Source of the DNA: Eledone cirrhosa
Taxonomy: Eukaryota
Length of the DNA stretch: 64,000 nt
Assembly (NCBI GenBank): GCA_964016885.1
Contig: OZ024756.1
Span: forward strand, 26,908,001 to 26,972,000
Direction: 5' to 3'
Both the position numbers and the translations under genes were made by a program. This document shows positions 1 through 14,479 of this stretch, in pieces. The notes under the pieces are model-generated. The model was not told where the DNA came from and did no database searches. It saw only the letters and a program-made list of their open reading frames with translations. Every line of letters begins with the position of its first letter. Position 1 is the first letter of the stretch.

Positions 1-104
1 ATGACGATGACGATGACTATGATGATGACCATGATGATGATGATGATGGTGATGATTATGGTGACTAACAGTGACAATGAAGATGGTGAATGTGATGTGA
101 TTGT

Positions 105-848
105 GATGGAGCGCACTTAGGAAAACAAAATTAACAACAAACGAGGAGGAATGTGTTGAGACAGATGGCACTAAGGAATAATGGTGGAACCTGAAAATAA
201 AACCTGTCACTAAATTAAAGCACAACCGGCCTGACATTGTTGTTTGGGACCACACACTGAAAACGTGCTCTGTTGTAGAGATCAGCTGCCCACTTGATGT
301 CAACGTTGTAAGAAAAATACAAGAGGAAGGAGGACATCTACGGACCATTGATGAGGAGTTTGTAGATCCAGTATCCAAGATACACCTTCAGCTTCATACC
401 CATCATTATTGGAGCTACAAGTGGATTGGCAGTATCGGTAGAGAGTCGGACGCTATGCTTTCCAGCATAGTTACGTCCCTTTACGGTCTGAGTTCAAATC
501 CCGCCGAGGTTCACTTTGCCTTTCATCCTTACGGGGGTCGATAAAATAAAGTACCAGTAATGCACTGGGTAATTGTTGGCCTTGTGCCAAAAGTAGAAAC
601 AATTATTGGAGCTACAAGTTATATACCAACCCGCTTGGACCAAAGTATAACTGAACTTGGATTTGCGGACAAAGAGCGCAGCTCCCTAATTCGTAGTCTA
701 CAAATGGCTGCCATTGCTGGCACCTTCAAAATTTGCAAAACATTCTTGCGATTCAAGGGATGACAATTTCTTTTCTTTTACAACCTTGCCACCAGGAAGG
801 TGGCCGGTCAAAAATGTACTCGAAATTAAGAGAGATACATAAGAAGAA
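105..848 (+). mobile_element. 3' fragment of an R4/Dong-like (restriction-like endonuclease) LINE, pseudogenised and split by a SINE
   Basis: From 182 it reads WWNLKIKPVTKLKHNRPDIVVWDHTLKTCSVVEISCPLDVNV, then after a frameshift ..IYGPL..FIPIIIGA-(SINE)-SYIP..KICKTFL* (stop 763). This is the PD..E motif of RLE non-LTR elements. It lies between (GAT)n and (CATA)n. Confidence 0.8.
421..608 (+). mobile_element. tRNA-derived SINE (family A) with an 18-bp target-site duplication
   Basis: Box A TGGCAGTATCGG, box B GAGTTCAAATC, central GCCTTTCATCCTTACGGGGTCGATAAAATAAAGTACCAG. ATTATTGGAGCTACAAGT occurs at 405-422 and 602-619. Confidence 0.92.
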
Positions 849-886
849 CATACATACATACATACATACATACATACATACATACA

Positions 887-917
<31 letters not shown>

Positions 918-1185
918 TTTAGTATTGAATATATTCCTTTCTGCAAACAAAAGGACCCTAAATATTATCAGACGCCATGAGGATTTAATATTGCCCAGAG
1001 ACGACATATGATCCTATGAGCGGGAAGGAAAAAATGTGAAGTATGTGGAATCCATGATGTTATTATATCATATATTAACAGCGTTGAAGTAAAACTATAA
1101 AAGAGTGGAACTTCGGTTCACGAACAATCTTTCCCTAGACCGTATCGGTTCACGATTGGAGTCTCGAGTAACGAACACGCAAGTC

Positions 1186-1292
<107 letters not shown>

Positions 1293-1383
1293 CAGTGGAA
1301 TCTCGGTTCACGAACAGTATCTCGAGTAACGAACACGCAAGCCCGCCGCAATATATATATATATATACACACACACATATGCA

Positions 1384-1448
<65 letters not shown>

Positions 1449-1865
1449 TCTCTCCCACGCACGCACACACATACACAAGCACATTCTCGTACACACACAC
1501 ACCTATTTCCTATTTCGACTACATTATAGACAAATCCAGCCTTGTTTTGGTTGCTGTTGTTGTTGTTGCTGCTGTTGTTAATGTTATTGTTTTTGCTGCT
1601 GTTGCTGCTGTTGTTGTTGATGTTGTAGTTGCTGCTGTTGTTGTTGTTGTTGCTGCTGTCGTCGTCATTGTTGTTGTTGTTGTTGTTGTTGTTGTAATTA
1701 ATGTTAGAAATATTTGTTTGACATTTCAATATCTCAGACCATTTCATATGTGAGAACACACCAGCAATTGTGTACAGAAATCTCGTCAACAATAACAATT
1801 CTTCTCACATTAGTAGCCACCACCACAATATATATGTATGTATGTATGTATATATACAAACACAC

Positions 1866-1896
<31 letters not shown>

Positions 1897-1898
1897 TG

Positions 1899-1961
<63 letters not shown>

Positions 1962-2040
1962 TAGATCTACCAAATCATAATATTATAAAATTAAATCAAA
2001 TTGTTTAGAACTACAAGTGAAGTCATTATTTTCCTTTTTT

Positions 2041-2082
<42 letters not shown>

Positions 2083-2349
2083 AATATAAATTAGCGAGAA
2101 TCGTATTTCGGCTTAGGAATTAACGAAAAACAACTTCCGAGATGTGTGGCAAGCGCTCGATGTTTCAGATGAACCAGAGCTACAACATACGTTAAAGGTC
2201 AAACACACTGAGACGATGGTTAAACAATCATCCGCACAACCAAAGAAACGAACAAGTAATTCGGGTGAAACAAATAAAAATATATGTGATTGAAAATTTA
2301 TATATATATATATATATATAAATATATATATATATGAATATATATATAT

Positions 2350-4142
2350 TGTGTTCAGAGAGATTGTTTTGGTAAAAACAGGAGTAAGCAGGAGAAAGCT
2401 GTCAACAGTCGTAGTTTTTAGTTACGATGGAGATTTTTTTATAAAAATAACAAAATAAGATGCTGAGGTTACATAGGTGAAAAAAAGTTGATCAAAATTG
2501 TATCTAGGGTTATTGCCCTTTGCCACAGCCTCAAGCTTCGTCTGACGGGATGTTGGTGATTCTTCCGTCAGCGCTTGTTGGCGACGAAGGCGAACATCAG
2601 CAAGCCTTGTCGTACGTGATGTTGGTGACTCAACCAGCCGGGAAAGACGTCTATCAGCGAGTCGAGATTCGCGCTCAGCAGGTGTTTCCTAGAGAAAATG
2701 AATTAATTCTACTGGTTAGCTAAGCCAATGGCAGTGTCAATAGTAAATGAGAAAAGTCTAACATGAACAAAAGGGAATCAAGGTAAGACAATAAATTTAA
2801 TATAACTACGATTAGAATGTTGTAGTTGCTTAAAAGTGGTGACAGTTAGGATAAACGCAGTACTTGCTAACATTAAGGGAGAATATTGCATAAAGGATTA
2901 ATCAATTGTGAATGAACTCATACCTGAGAACGCCTAATTCGTTGTCTCAAAGCAATAGCTGTACCTTTTTTGGAGGTAAGTCTTGAACGTTTCCGTGTGG
3001 GCATAACGACGTGTAACGAAGCTGTTAGGTTAGAGAGAGGTGATTAAATACAGAGAGAGATGACACCAGATTCGTTAGCATGGTTACTGGTGAATGGGAA
3101 GGTTTGGAAATATGATTACAATAACTTACCGAATTTTCCCGTCTATAAATTGCACTTAAAATAATTAAATTTAATCAAAAAACAGCTCTGCGCTTTATAC
3201 TCCGGTGAGCCTTATGTATAAATAATACAATGGTAATCAATCACGGCTCTAACAGAAGTAATAGATCTAGACTAAAAGTAAAGAAGATAGCATTTTCCTG
3301 GTTGGTATTACACGCCGTTAAGCAAGTTATCGATTTTTTATTGGCTGTCAGTGTCTATCTGGATGCAGGTGTGCACGTGTGCGCAATTAATTGCAAATGC
3401 GCTCATAACATTTAGTCGTAGGCAGAACAAAAAATGCCATTAGAGGTGGGCTAATAATGAAGACACAAACCCTGGTGAACTTACGTTTAAACACCCGAAA
3501 AGTTACTCACTTCCTGTGCAAAAGACTGTATTATAAATTAAGTAATTTTTTAGAATCTTTTGTTTAAAAAAAGAAAACATTGGTACGACGTAAATTTTTT
3601 TACTTGTATTGTATGTGTACAATACAACTTGGTCAACGTATTATTTAGTAATTTTTTTTTCAAAAAGCATGATTATTTAAGACTGTTTGAAAATTTACTC
3701 ACAGCTTTTAGGTTCACAAAAGACACCATTAAATTTGGTTCCCTTTTCAGATAGGGATAATACTGTATTTCCACTTGAATAAGGTGGAATATGAAAAGAT
3801 AAACTCTTTAATGGTCGGTCGTTTACTGAGACAGCTGGGAAGACATGCAGCTGGCCGTCCAATCAATAACGCACGTCCTTATATGGGCATATGAAATTTA
3901 TTTTTATTGCGCCAGATGTAAACTAAGAGTTCTTGTGTTCGAATTCACATAAAATTTCATTGGAATCGAAAAACATTCTGTCATAGGGCCCGATTATCGA
4001 TTTTTCGAAAATTTCAAGTAGCCTATTCCACTCTACGCGTTGAGTTTTATATATGTGTGAGGTTTCATGAAAATTGGATGAACGGTGTAGCATGCAAGTT
4101 CGGTACACTAAACAATGTCCATCTTCCCTTTATATATATAGA
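2350..4142 (-). mobile_element. Helitron 5' portion, 3'-truncated
   Basis: Minus strand begins A^TCTATATATATAAAG at 4142, the same start as the Helitron at 40519. It carries a spliced basic/STPR-repeat ORF. No CTAG end was found. Confidence 0.6.
2520..3004 (-). pseudogene. Spliced ORF remnant with STPR-like repeats, probably a Helitron protein N-terminus
   Basis: Exon 3004-2924 gives MPTRKRSRLTSKKGTAIALRQRIRRSQ. Donor CAG|GTATGAG, 235-nt phase-0 intron, acceptor TTTTCTCTAG. From 2688 it continues ETPAERESRLADRRLSRLVESPTSRTTRLADVRLRRQQALTEESPTSRQTKL. Confidence 0.7.
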
Positions 4143-4412
4143 TATATATATATCCGAAACCTTAAGATCGTCTTCCTGCTATTTTAAACTTTAAACTAAT
4201 ATATTCCTTCCATATACTGTACCGATTGTGTTGTTATTTCTGTTTACCTTTTACATACATAAATATTTATATAGAATGATGTCTTATATTTCTAATCCAA
4301 GTTTCACAAATGCTCCATCTATCAGGCGATTATTGTGGGTCTGAAATTTTCTGACAGAGCAAATGACAGATGGTGTGGCAGACATTTTGTACACTAGAAG
4401 AACCGTCACTAG

Positions 4413-4461
<49 letters not shown>

Positions 4462-5080
4462 CTAATTACATAAATACACACAAATGGTAGGTGTAATAAC
4501 ATGTATTAAAATATGTAAGAATATATTGCGTGATAAAAACATAGTATTCGGTGTATATTATCTTACTTAGAATGGTTATTATGAAAAAAAAAAAAAAAAA
4601 AAAAAATTAAATTGAAAACAAAAAATCAAAATAAAATAAAATCTATGAATGGAATGAATGAGTTGTGATTTTTTTTTATGAATGAAATAAATATTTCCCT
4701 ATAACAATATCGTATTATTATATCTCATTCATAAAATAAAGTCACAATACAATCATGTGGTCATATATAATATACACGTGAATAAAAATAAACTTCGGTA
4801 ATAATCAGTAAGTCAGTAAAATTCATCTGAATCAAACTTTTAATTGTTAAGGGAATTGCTTTTCGTCATTTTTCTAATAAAAAAAAAAAGTGGGACGGAG
4901 GATCGGCAGAAAAGTACGTGTTCTTGTTTTTGTTTTGTTAATTATTTTATCATCTCATTCATTATATATATAGTTGTAAGTTTGCAATAAATGCGCCCGT
5001 AGGCAGTATGCCGTTTGAGCACTCGATGCTCGCGCAGAGCAGAGTATATTATTATAGAGTATATTATAGAGTATATGTGA

Positions 5081-5270
5081 AGGCGGTGGATTGGCAGTAT
5101 CGGTAGAGGGTCGGATTCCATGCTTTCCAGCATAGTTACGTCCCTTTACGATCTGAGTTCAAATCCCGTCGAGGTTGGCTTTGCCTTTTATCCTTACGAG
5201 GTCGATAAAATAAAGTACCAGTAATGCACTGGGTAATTGCTGGCCTTGTGCCTAGAGTAGAAACAATTAT
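5081..5270 (+). mobile_element. SINE family A, full length
   Basis: Same sequence as 421-608. TATTATAGAGTATAT at 5062-5076 and 5268-5282 is a probable TSD. Confidence 0.9.
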
Positions 5271-5741
5271 TATAGAGTATATTATATATAATATGCATAT
5301 CCATATTTATAGATATATCGAGAACGATACTTTCTTTTTACTATTACACTCCCTTACCTCTTTTTCTTCCGCATATAAGTGTACGTGGGTGTGGGTGTGT
5401 TTATACGCGTGCCTTCATATTCTTATAATGTATCTAATACCCTGTTTTTTCTGTGTACATCACAATCATATCATGTCTGTCTGTAGTTACAGATACACAG
5501 ATACACTTGCCCTAACATTTATATTTACGCACACTTTTTCACTATACGTACACATTTGTACATACACACATATGTACATCTGTGAGCGTATATACATACA
5601 TATACACACACCTAACTATATTTCTTGAAAGGTTTTTTATATATTTCATATGGCTATTGTAATTCCTTTATCTACATTTATATAATTAATTTTTTTTGCT
5701 TTTCTTGATGAGACTTTCCAAGTATTTAGCCATGTTTTATA

Positions 5742-5817
5742 TTGCCTCGTCTGACGAACGAATGAAGACGTTTCTTTCGTATTCGCCTCATTCGGGAAAC
5801 CTCTGGTAATGAGGTAA
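5742..5817 (+). ncRNA. Type I hammerhead ribozyme
   Basis: Stem I TTGCCTCGT/ATGAGGTAA, core CTGACGA, stem II CGAATGA../..TCATTCG, then GAAA-CC-TCT-GG-TA (GUA site). Downstream of it is (TA)n. Confidence 0.85.
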
Positions 5818-5944
5818 TTATATTGTATTGATTTTTATACATTAAATTTTGCTCTGGTACTTACATAGAGCACTCTTCACTTCTATGACCTTTTCTGTTT
5901 TCAACGGAAATTTCAATACATATACATATATATATATATATATA

Positions 5945-6006
<62 letters not shown>

Positions 6007-6019
6007 CATATATATATAT

Positions 6020-6068
<49 letters not shown>

Positions 6069-6474
6069 TATATATACATATATATACACACACACATATA
6101 TATATACATTTTTTCTTTCCCGACCAATACAATTTACAAAAATTCAAAAGCAACATCAATCATTGTCATCTCTCTCCATGAATTATATTCTCCGTCTCGT
6201 ATTTTTTCCTTCTCACTAATCCTTTTATTTTATTGGCTTTATTGTCTTGCTTGGGGCTGAGCAAAAACAATGGTACTAATCCATTTGAAAGTATTATTGA
6301 TTAAAATATCTTACTCTGATTAAAAATTGGTTCTTTTTTTTTTTAAAGGTCTAATCAGAGAGAAAACGGTGAATCCCATGACTATTGCCAGGCAGGAGGC
6401 GCGGTAACCTAGAACAGGACGTACGTCCCAAATACTTGCACCACAAGCCAAAAATGGTGGTGTTAACCCGGGTT

Positions 6475-7771
6475 ACAAAACAAAACAAAACAAAACAAAA
6501 CAAAAAACAAAACAAAAAAAACAAAAAAACACCAAAAAAACAAAAAAAACAACAAAATAAAAACAAAACAAAACAAAAAAAAAACAAAACAAAAAAAAAC
6601 AAACAAAAAAACAAAAAAAAAACAACAAAACAAAAAACAAAACAAAACAAAAAACAAAAAACAAAAAACAAAACAAAACACAAAAACCAAGCACCAAGCA
6701 CCAAACACCAAACACCAAGCACCAAGCACCAAGCACTAAGCACCAAGCACCAAACACCAAACACCAAGCACCAAGCACCAAACACCAAACACCAAGCACC
6801 AAACACCAAACACCAAGCACCAAGCACCAAACACCAAACACCAAGCACCAAGCACCAAACACCAAACACCAAGCACCAAGCACCAAGCACCAAACATCAA
6901 GCACCAAGCACCAAGCACCAAACACTAAGCACCAAGCACCAAGCACCAAACACCAAGCACCAAACACCAAGCACCAAGCACCAAGCACCAAACACCAAGC
7001 ACCAAGCACCAAACACCAAACACCAAGCACCAAGCACCAAACACCAAACACCAAGCACCAAACACCAAACACCAAGCACCAAACACCAAACACCAAGCAC
7101 CAAACACCAAGCACCAAGCACCAAACACCAAGCACCAAGCACCAAACACCAAACACCAAACACCAAGCACCAAGCACCAAACACCAAACACCAAACACCA
7201 AACACCAAGCACCAAGCACCAAGCACCAAACACCAAGCACCAAACACCAAACACCAAACACCAAACACCAAGCACCAAACAGCAAACACCAAGCACCAAG
7301 CACCAAACACCAAACACCAAGCACCAAGCACCAAGCACCAAGCACCAAACACCAAACACCAAGCACCAAACACCAAGCACCAAGCACCAAACACCAAACA
7401 CCAAGCACCAAGCACCAAGCACCAAACACCAAACACCAAGCACCAAGCACCAAACCACAAACACCAAGCACCAAACACCAAACACCAAGCACCAAACACC
7501 AAACACCAAATACCAAACACCAAACAGCAAACAGCAAACACCAAACACTAAACACCAAACACCAAACACCAAACAGTAAACACCAAACAGCAAACACCAA
7601 ACACGAAACAGCAAACACCAAACAGCAAACACCAAACACCAAACACCAAACAGCAAACACCAAACAGCAAACACCAAACACCAAACAGCAAGCACCAAGC
7701 ACCAAACACCAAGCACCAGCACCAAACACCAAGCACCAAGTACCAAGCACCAAGCACCAAGCACCAAACAC

Positions 7772-7772
<1 letters not shown>
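6475..7772. repeat. (CAAAA)n tract followed by a 7-bp satellite (AGCACCA/AACACCA)n
   Basis: Seen directly. The 7-bp array spans ~6686-7772. Confidence 0.97.
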
Positions 7773-8354
<582 letters not shown>

Positions 8355-8659
8355 TATATATAGATATACACACACCTCTAAATGCAAGTTCGGTTTAGTG
8401 TTGTTTTAACACAGATTCTATACCAACGGTTATAAGAATATTTTATAGAATGGTCAATGGTTGTTTGGAGCACTCAAAGCCACAGAGACTACAGTGGAAT
8501 GTTTTAGAATGTTCTAGAAATTTGCAGACAATATAATTAATCTAATTCCATTAGCTGTCATTTACTAATGACATTTAATGAGTTATTGGGCAGTATGATT
8601 AGGAAATAGTTTAACATATCCACTAGAAGGTTAATAAATATTGCCACCAGTGTGCTTGG

Positions 8660-8784
<125 letters not shown>

Positions 8785-9017
8785 TGTGTATAATGGTAGC
8801 TAAGGTGCTTCCATAGGTGGTATGCCAAAATTAGCACTCGATATTCATCAGAGTAGAGTGTAGATATTATAAAGAAAACGAAAAATCAGTGATGCATCTG
8901 GACTTAATTTATTGCGTAAAACAGCCAATGGCATGACAAGAGTGGAAGTAGGGTTTTTTGAGGGTATTTTTTTTATGATAACACCCCAGTGATAACATTT
9001 GCTCCTAACGAAATACT

Positions 9018-9108
9018 CGTGTCTGAAAGAACCTGCAGAAGTAGAATCAGCCGGATCCATACAAGGACCACGTCTCGAGCTACCTGCTGGAGAAACAATT
9101 GTAACACG
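9018..9108 (+). ncRNA. Type I hammerhead ribozyme with a 1-nt core insertion and a 61-nt stem II
   Basis: CGTGT-CTGAAAGA-aCCTGCAG..GTAG/CTAC-CTGCTGGa-GAAAC-AATT-GTA-ACACG, then AATAAA. An inverted copy of the downstream sequence lies at ~8862-8917. Confidence 0.75.
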
Positions 9109-9160
9109 CAATAAATTAAGTCCAGATGCATCACTGATTTTTCGTTTTCTTTATAATATA

Positions 9161-9921
9161 CTAGCAGTAAAGCCCGGCGTTGCTCGGGGTCGCTCAGTAG
9201 CTGTGTTAAAGTTACAATGTTAAGTTTCTATTTTGGCTTAAAAACTGTAGTGTCTACTGTGCAGACTTGCATGTGGTGTTTTTGATTAATATTCCCTCAA
9301 CCAACAATATGCCTTATGAAGTTAAGAAAACATAACGATAACCCGAATGTTATAACAAAAGAGGATGCTGGGGATAAAAACTGCACTGGTTATTTATTAA
9401 CAAAGATCGAAAATGTAAACACTGCAACGCAGAGAAAAACATTAGCGTAACCAAATTATCAGTTATGTCTGTCTGCACGCCTATATCACCTCTCTGCACG
9501 ACTGTCTGTCTGCACGCCTGAAATATTTGCTTGTTTTACGTAGTCTTTAAATAGACTTGTTTTCAAGTAAAAATATTGTTTTAAAATGCTTTTAAATGGA
9601 AATGAAGCAAAACGGAAGCTTAGTGTTCGAATGTTCGTGTATTGTGTTAATGTCATTTTAAACGCTGAGAAAGCCAGCGTAATTTTTTACGTAAGACGCT
9701 CAATGTAAACAGAACAAAGGGAAATAACTGATAACTTACGCTCAAAAATCGATACATTATATTCGATTTCGTCACATAGGGTGGGTCAATTTGAAATATT
9801 TTTTTCCGATGTCTTCGCTAGGGCTCAATGTACAAGTATACCAATTTCGGTGCAATTCCGTCAGAGATTCTAAGAGGAGATGTGTGCCAAAAATCGATAG
9901 ACAGACAGACAACCACAGTTT

Positions 9922-9950
<29 letters not shown>
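9161..9950 (-). mobile_element. Non-autonomous Helitron
   Basis: Minus-strand 3' end CCCCGAGCAACGCCGGG (hairpin) then CTAG-T. 5' end TCTAATATAT..AAAACTGTGGTTGTCTGTCTGT. Confidence 0.85.
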
Positions 9951-9952
<2 letters not shown>

Positions 9953-10002
9953 GTGAGGTTTTTTTACAAAATGAAAAATAACCGAGTGAAAGTATAAAGA
10001 AA

Positions 10003-10099
10003 AAAAGATGAAATCGAAAATGCAACTGGAGTCTTATTTAAAAATATATATATATATTTTTTAAATAAGACTCCAGTTGCATTTTCGATTTCATCTTTT
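10003..10099. repeat. ~42-bp inverted repeat centred on (TA)n
   Basis: AAAAGATGAAATCG..TTTAAAAA-(TA)n-TTTTTAAA..CATCTTTT. The arm belongs to the family at 19130-19280 and 54580-54695. Confidence 0.95.
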
Positions 10100-10100
10100 A

Positions 10101-10154
<54 letters not shown>

Positions 10155-10272
10155 TTCAAAAGATGAAAGGTAGAGTGGAATTCAGCGTGATATGAACTCA
10201 GTGAGCAGAGAACCGGAATGTAAGCCACAAAGTTTTCTATCTGACGTTCTAACGACTCTACCAATTCGCTGG
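10155..10272 (-). mobile_element. Old diverged SINE related to family A
   Basis: GATGAAAGG..TGAACTCAG..CTAACGACTCTACCAATTCGC resembles the family A head in reverse. Confidence 0.6.
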
Positions 10273-10661
10273 CTCTGGACGAAGGTTAGCCTGGGGCTAA
10301 ACAACAATAAGAAAAGTATTATAAAGAACAATTGGTCGATAGAATATGATAACATAAAGCTTGTTGTTGTTGTTGTTGTTGTTGTTGTTGAACAAGACGT
10401 CTTTGTTTAACGCATGAATACGGTTAATTATGACAACACATAGACTTTGCTGTTTCATTATCAAAACAAATATTATGTAAGGAATAGAGAGAGAAGGAGA
10501 GGGGGAGAGAGGGAGAGAGGGAGAGAGGGAGAGAGAGAGGGGGGATAGGGGGATAGGAGGAGAGAGAGAGGGGGATAGGGAGAGAGAGGGAGAGAGGGAC
10601 GGAGAGAGAAGAGAAAAGAGAGTGAGAGAGTGAGTGAGTGTATGTATGAATGTGTGTGTAT

Positions 10662-10721
<60 letters not shown>

Positions 10722-10727
<6 letters not shown>

Positions 10728-10863
10728 TAAAATAACAGATTAAAGTTTAAGCAAAGAATCGCTGTTATTTTAATAAATATTTGCTCAACGGTTCTTATAT
10801 ATTTGATATATATTTATCCTTATCGAGCCCTCTTTGGATTTTAGTCTTCAAATTTATTATTAT

Positions 10864-10917
<54 letters not shown>

Positions 10918-11172
10918 GTTTTTCCCGTTCTTTGCCAGGGAACGTTTCCACGAACCAAAGTATCGTCTTCCTGTCTTCCTGAAATATCCAGTTCTGCGTT
11001 TTCAGATTGACTTTGTTTGTTTCAGAAGATCCTGTTAAGGGTGAAAGCAGCGATTCTTTGCTTAAACTTTAATCTGTTATTTTAATAAATATTTGCTCTA
11101 CGGTTCTTATATATTTGATATATATTTATCCTTATCGAGCCCTCTTTGAATTTTAGTCTTCAAATTTATTAT
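10722..11172 (+). mobile_element. Two copies of a short (TA)n-anchored family, the first with an inverted 5' piece
   Basis: CTTTGCTTAAACTTTAATCTG..CCTTATCGAGCCCTCTTTGGATTTTAGTCTTC recurs at 42996-43120, 45010-45040 and 46960-47010. Confidence 0.8.
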
Positions 11173-11276
11173 TCTCCGAGGGTTCATAACCCCACTATCA
11201 GGCTAAATAATTTCTTTAATTTCTTTAGTCAAAATACGGCGATAGCTAACATTTCTAATAATATTATATATATATA

Positions 11277-11393
11277 TCAAATCCCGCCAAGGTTAACTTT
11301 ACCTTTCATCCTTACGGGGTCGATAAAATAAAGTACCAGTAATGTACTGGGATAATTGCTGGCCTTATGCCAAAAAGTAGAAACAATTACTAT
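11277..11393 (+). mobile_element. SINE family A, 5'-truncated
   Basis: Central and tail sequence match 421-608. Confidence 0.9.
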
Positions 11394-11692
11394 TATATAT
11401 ATATATATATGTATATGTATATAAAATCAGAATTGTACGCTTTAATTTTTATTTACTCAACTCTATATGTTAATATATAAATATAAATGTCTAAATATAT
11501 ATTGGTGTGTGTGCCTGAGTGTGTATGTCTGTATATATATATATATGTGTATGTGTGTGTGTGTGTGTGTGTGTTTCTGTGGTTTTATGGTTTAACGTGC
11601 AAAATCACAAATGCATACACACTTGTGCACTCATTCATACACGCACACATATGCATAATGTATGTATGAGTGTATATACACACACACATATA

Positions 11693-11762
<70 letters not shown>

Positions 11763-11763
11763 C

Positions 11764-11822
<59 letters not shown>

Positions 11823-12129
11823 TGTGTGCGTGTGTGTGTACGTGTGTACGTGCTCCCATACTCTAATATAGACTCACACACATTTGTATAAGACTGTGTA
11901 TGTGTGTGGGCGTGTGTGGACGTGTGTATGTGTGTGTGTATGTGTGTGTGTATGTGTGTGTGTGTGTGTGGACGTGTGTATGAGTGTGTGTGTATGTGTG
12001 GCCTGTTTATGAGCCCGTGTGTGTGTGTGAATGTGTGTGTGTGTGTGTGTACATGAGTGTGTTTACACAATGCAGCGACTTTGAAATTTTAACTGATTGA
12101 AATAAGCGATAGTTTTAAAAGATGACACA

Positions 12130-12489
12130 TCAATCATCGCCATCATCACCATCATCATTATCGCCATCATCATCATCATCAACATTGGCAACCACGTCAT
12201 TAACATCATCATTAACATCATTAACATCATCATCATCATCATCATCGTTAACACCATCATCATCATCATCGTTAACATCATCGTTATCATCAGCAGCATC
12301 ATCATCACCATCATAATCAACACCACCACCACCACCACCATCATCGTCGTCATCATCATCACCACCACCACCACCACCACCACCACCATCATCATAATCA
12401 ACACCACCACCATTATCGTCGTCATCATCACCACCACCACCACCATCACCACCACCACCACCACCACCACCATAATCAACATCACCACC

Positions 12490-12520
<31 letters not shown>

Positions 12521-12540
12521 GCAACAACTAACAACTAACA
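12130..12540. repeat. (CAT)n/(CAC)n low-complexity tract
   Basis: Seen directly. Confidence 0.95.
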
Positions 12541-12879
12541 ACATGTAAGTTTAGTCAAACTGATTATATGGGCGGAGTATATACTTGTGTCGATAATGGA
12601 TATTAATTTTCATTAGAACAACAAGAAAGCTGGATCTGTTAAATGGTTTTTAAAAGCTACCGGGTAGATTGGGTATTGAAAGGAATGTAAGGTATCTAAG
12701 GGTTATTTCACACTGGTAAACCCCAAAAGATTTAGCAAAGAGATAATGTTTTAATAGAATAAAGTATAATTGGGTCTACCCAGACGTTTTGAGCAGAACC
12801 GGCGCCTAGTTATTCAGCGCCTTCTGCTAGTTAGACAAAGTGGGTCCTTTTCTTTTAATTATGTGCTCCACTCTAAGTA

Positions 12880-13203
12880 GAAGTCTAAAGTCTGTCTCGA
12901 CGAGCCCCGGAGGCTCTTTAGGCCAGTGCTTATCTCGCTCCCCGTGGCATGAAGAGACTGAGAGTACAAGCCTCTCTCTCTCTCTCTCCACTCCTGGACA
13001 GGACGCCAGTCCATCGCAAGGTTAACCTCTCCCCCACCGCCAGCTATCGTGAGTACTTATTTTCAGCTGAGTATGTTGGAGCAACGGGAAATGAAGTGGT
13101 TTTTTTTTCTCGAGAACATAACACACAAGCCATTCCAGAAATAGAACCGACAACATTATGATGTATGTCCAGCATCCTTGCCACTAGGCGACGTGCCTCA
13201 CTC
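12880..13203 (-). mobile_element. tRNA-derived SINE family B
   Basis: The minus strand starts with a tRNA-like head. The GGAGCAACG.GAAAT.AAGTG segment is shared with 20105-20227. Confidence 0.7.
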
Positions 13204-13584
13204 TTTCAAATACTAAACGTAAATCGCCGTAATTAGATACTGCAAAATTATTTAATGTGCCACATTCTTGATTCTACCATTGCGTTTTTTTTTTTAACTT
13301 CCTTAGTGGGCCTCCGTCGTTTTTGACGATGAGCGTTCCATTTGTTCCATCAATGGAACGGTCTACTCCGAGAATTGGGCAACATTTTTCGAGCAGTGGG
13401 TCGCATAGGATGTGGCTCATCATAAGACGGGGCCGCACTACTATAAAAAATTCAAGGCAATTTTGAAATTAGGTGTGCTATTCAGAAAGCCAAGCGAATC
13501 GCATGCGACTCGTGGGCCGCAGTTTGCTCTTGATTAGTCTACTCGTTAAATTAACGTGTGTCTCAGTATTTCACAGACACGTGT

Positions 13585-13692
<108 letters not shown>

Positions 13693-13829
13693 CCTCCTCT
13701 CTCTCTGAAATCTAGCCTTAAAAAAATGGAAGGATACATAAAAAAATGGCGAACATGTTGCAGCTGTAACGCTTTCTCTCATATTTCTGCTGGATACCGG
13801 CATTGACCTAAAGGATGCTCAGTGACTTT

Positions 13830-14273
13830 AAAAACAACGGAAACAACAACATCAGCATCAACAACAACAGCAACAACAACAGAAACAACAGCATCTTCAT
13901 CATCATCATCATCAACAACAGCAACAATGACAACAACAACAACAACAACAACAACAGCAACAACAATAAAAGAAACAACATCAACAACATCGACACCACC
14001 ACCAACAATATCAACAACATCATCAACAACATCAACATTAATATCAACAACAACAACAACAACAACAACTAGAACAACAACAATAACATCAATATTAAAC
14101 ACCACCACCACCACCAACAACAACAACAGAAAGACCACATCAACATCGACACCACCACCACCACTACCAACAAAAACGTCACCACCCTCCACCACCACCA
14201 ACAACAACAACAACAGCAAGACCACATCAACATCGACACCACCACCACCACTACCAACAAAAACGTCAACACC

Positions 14274-14304
<31 letters not shown>

Positions 14305-14410
14305 GCAAGACCACATCAACATCGACACTGACACCACCACTACCAACAAAAACGTCAACACCACCAACGCCACCAACAACACCACTACCACCACCAACAA
14401 CAACAACGAT
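13830..14410. repeat. (CAA)n/(CCA)n low-complexity tract with internal duplications
   Basis: Seen directly. AAGACCACATCAACATCGACAC occurs three times. Confidence 0.95.
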
Positions 14411-14479
14411 ATTTATGACATTGTGTTATAATTAGAAACCCCGCTCGTCATCATCATCATCATCATGTTATATTTATCA

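Noticed and set aside
560-763. 67-aa ORF as a gene
   Set aside because: Chimera of a SINE tail and the LINE C-terminus.
4985-5048. HHR in the GAGCA..TGCTC hairpin family (also 51222-51290)
   Set aside because: Neither copy has an intact CTGANGA or GAAA.
11022-11060. CAGAAGA..GAAAGCAGCGA as an HHR
   Set aside because: U4 and the UH site are both missing and there is no stem I.
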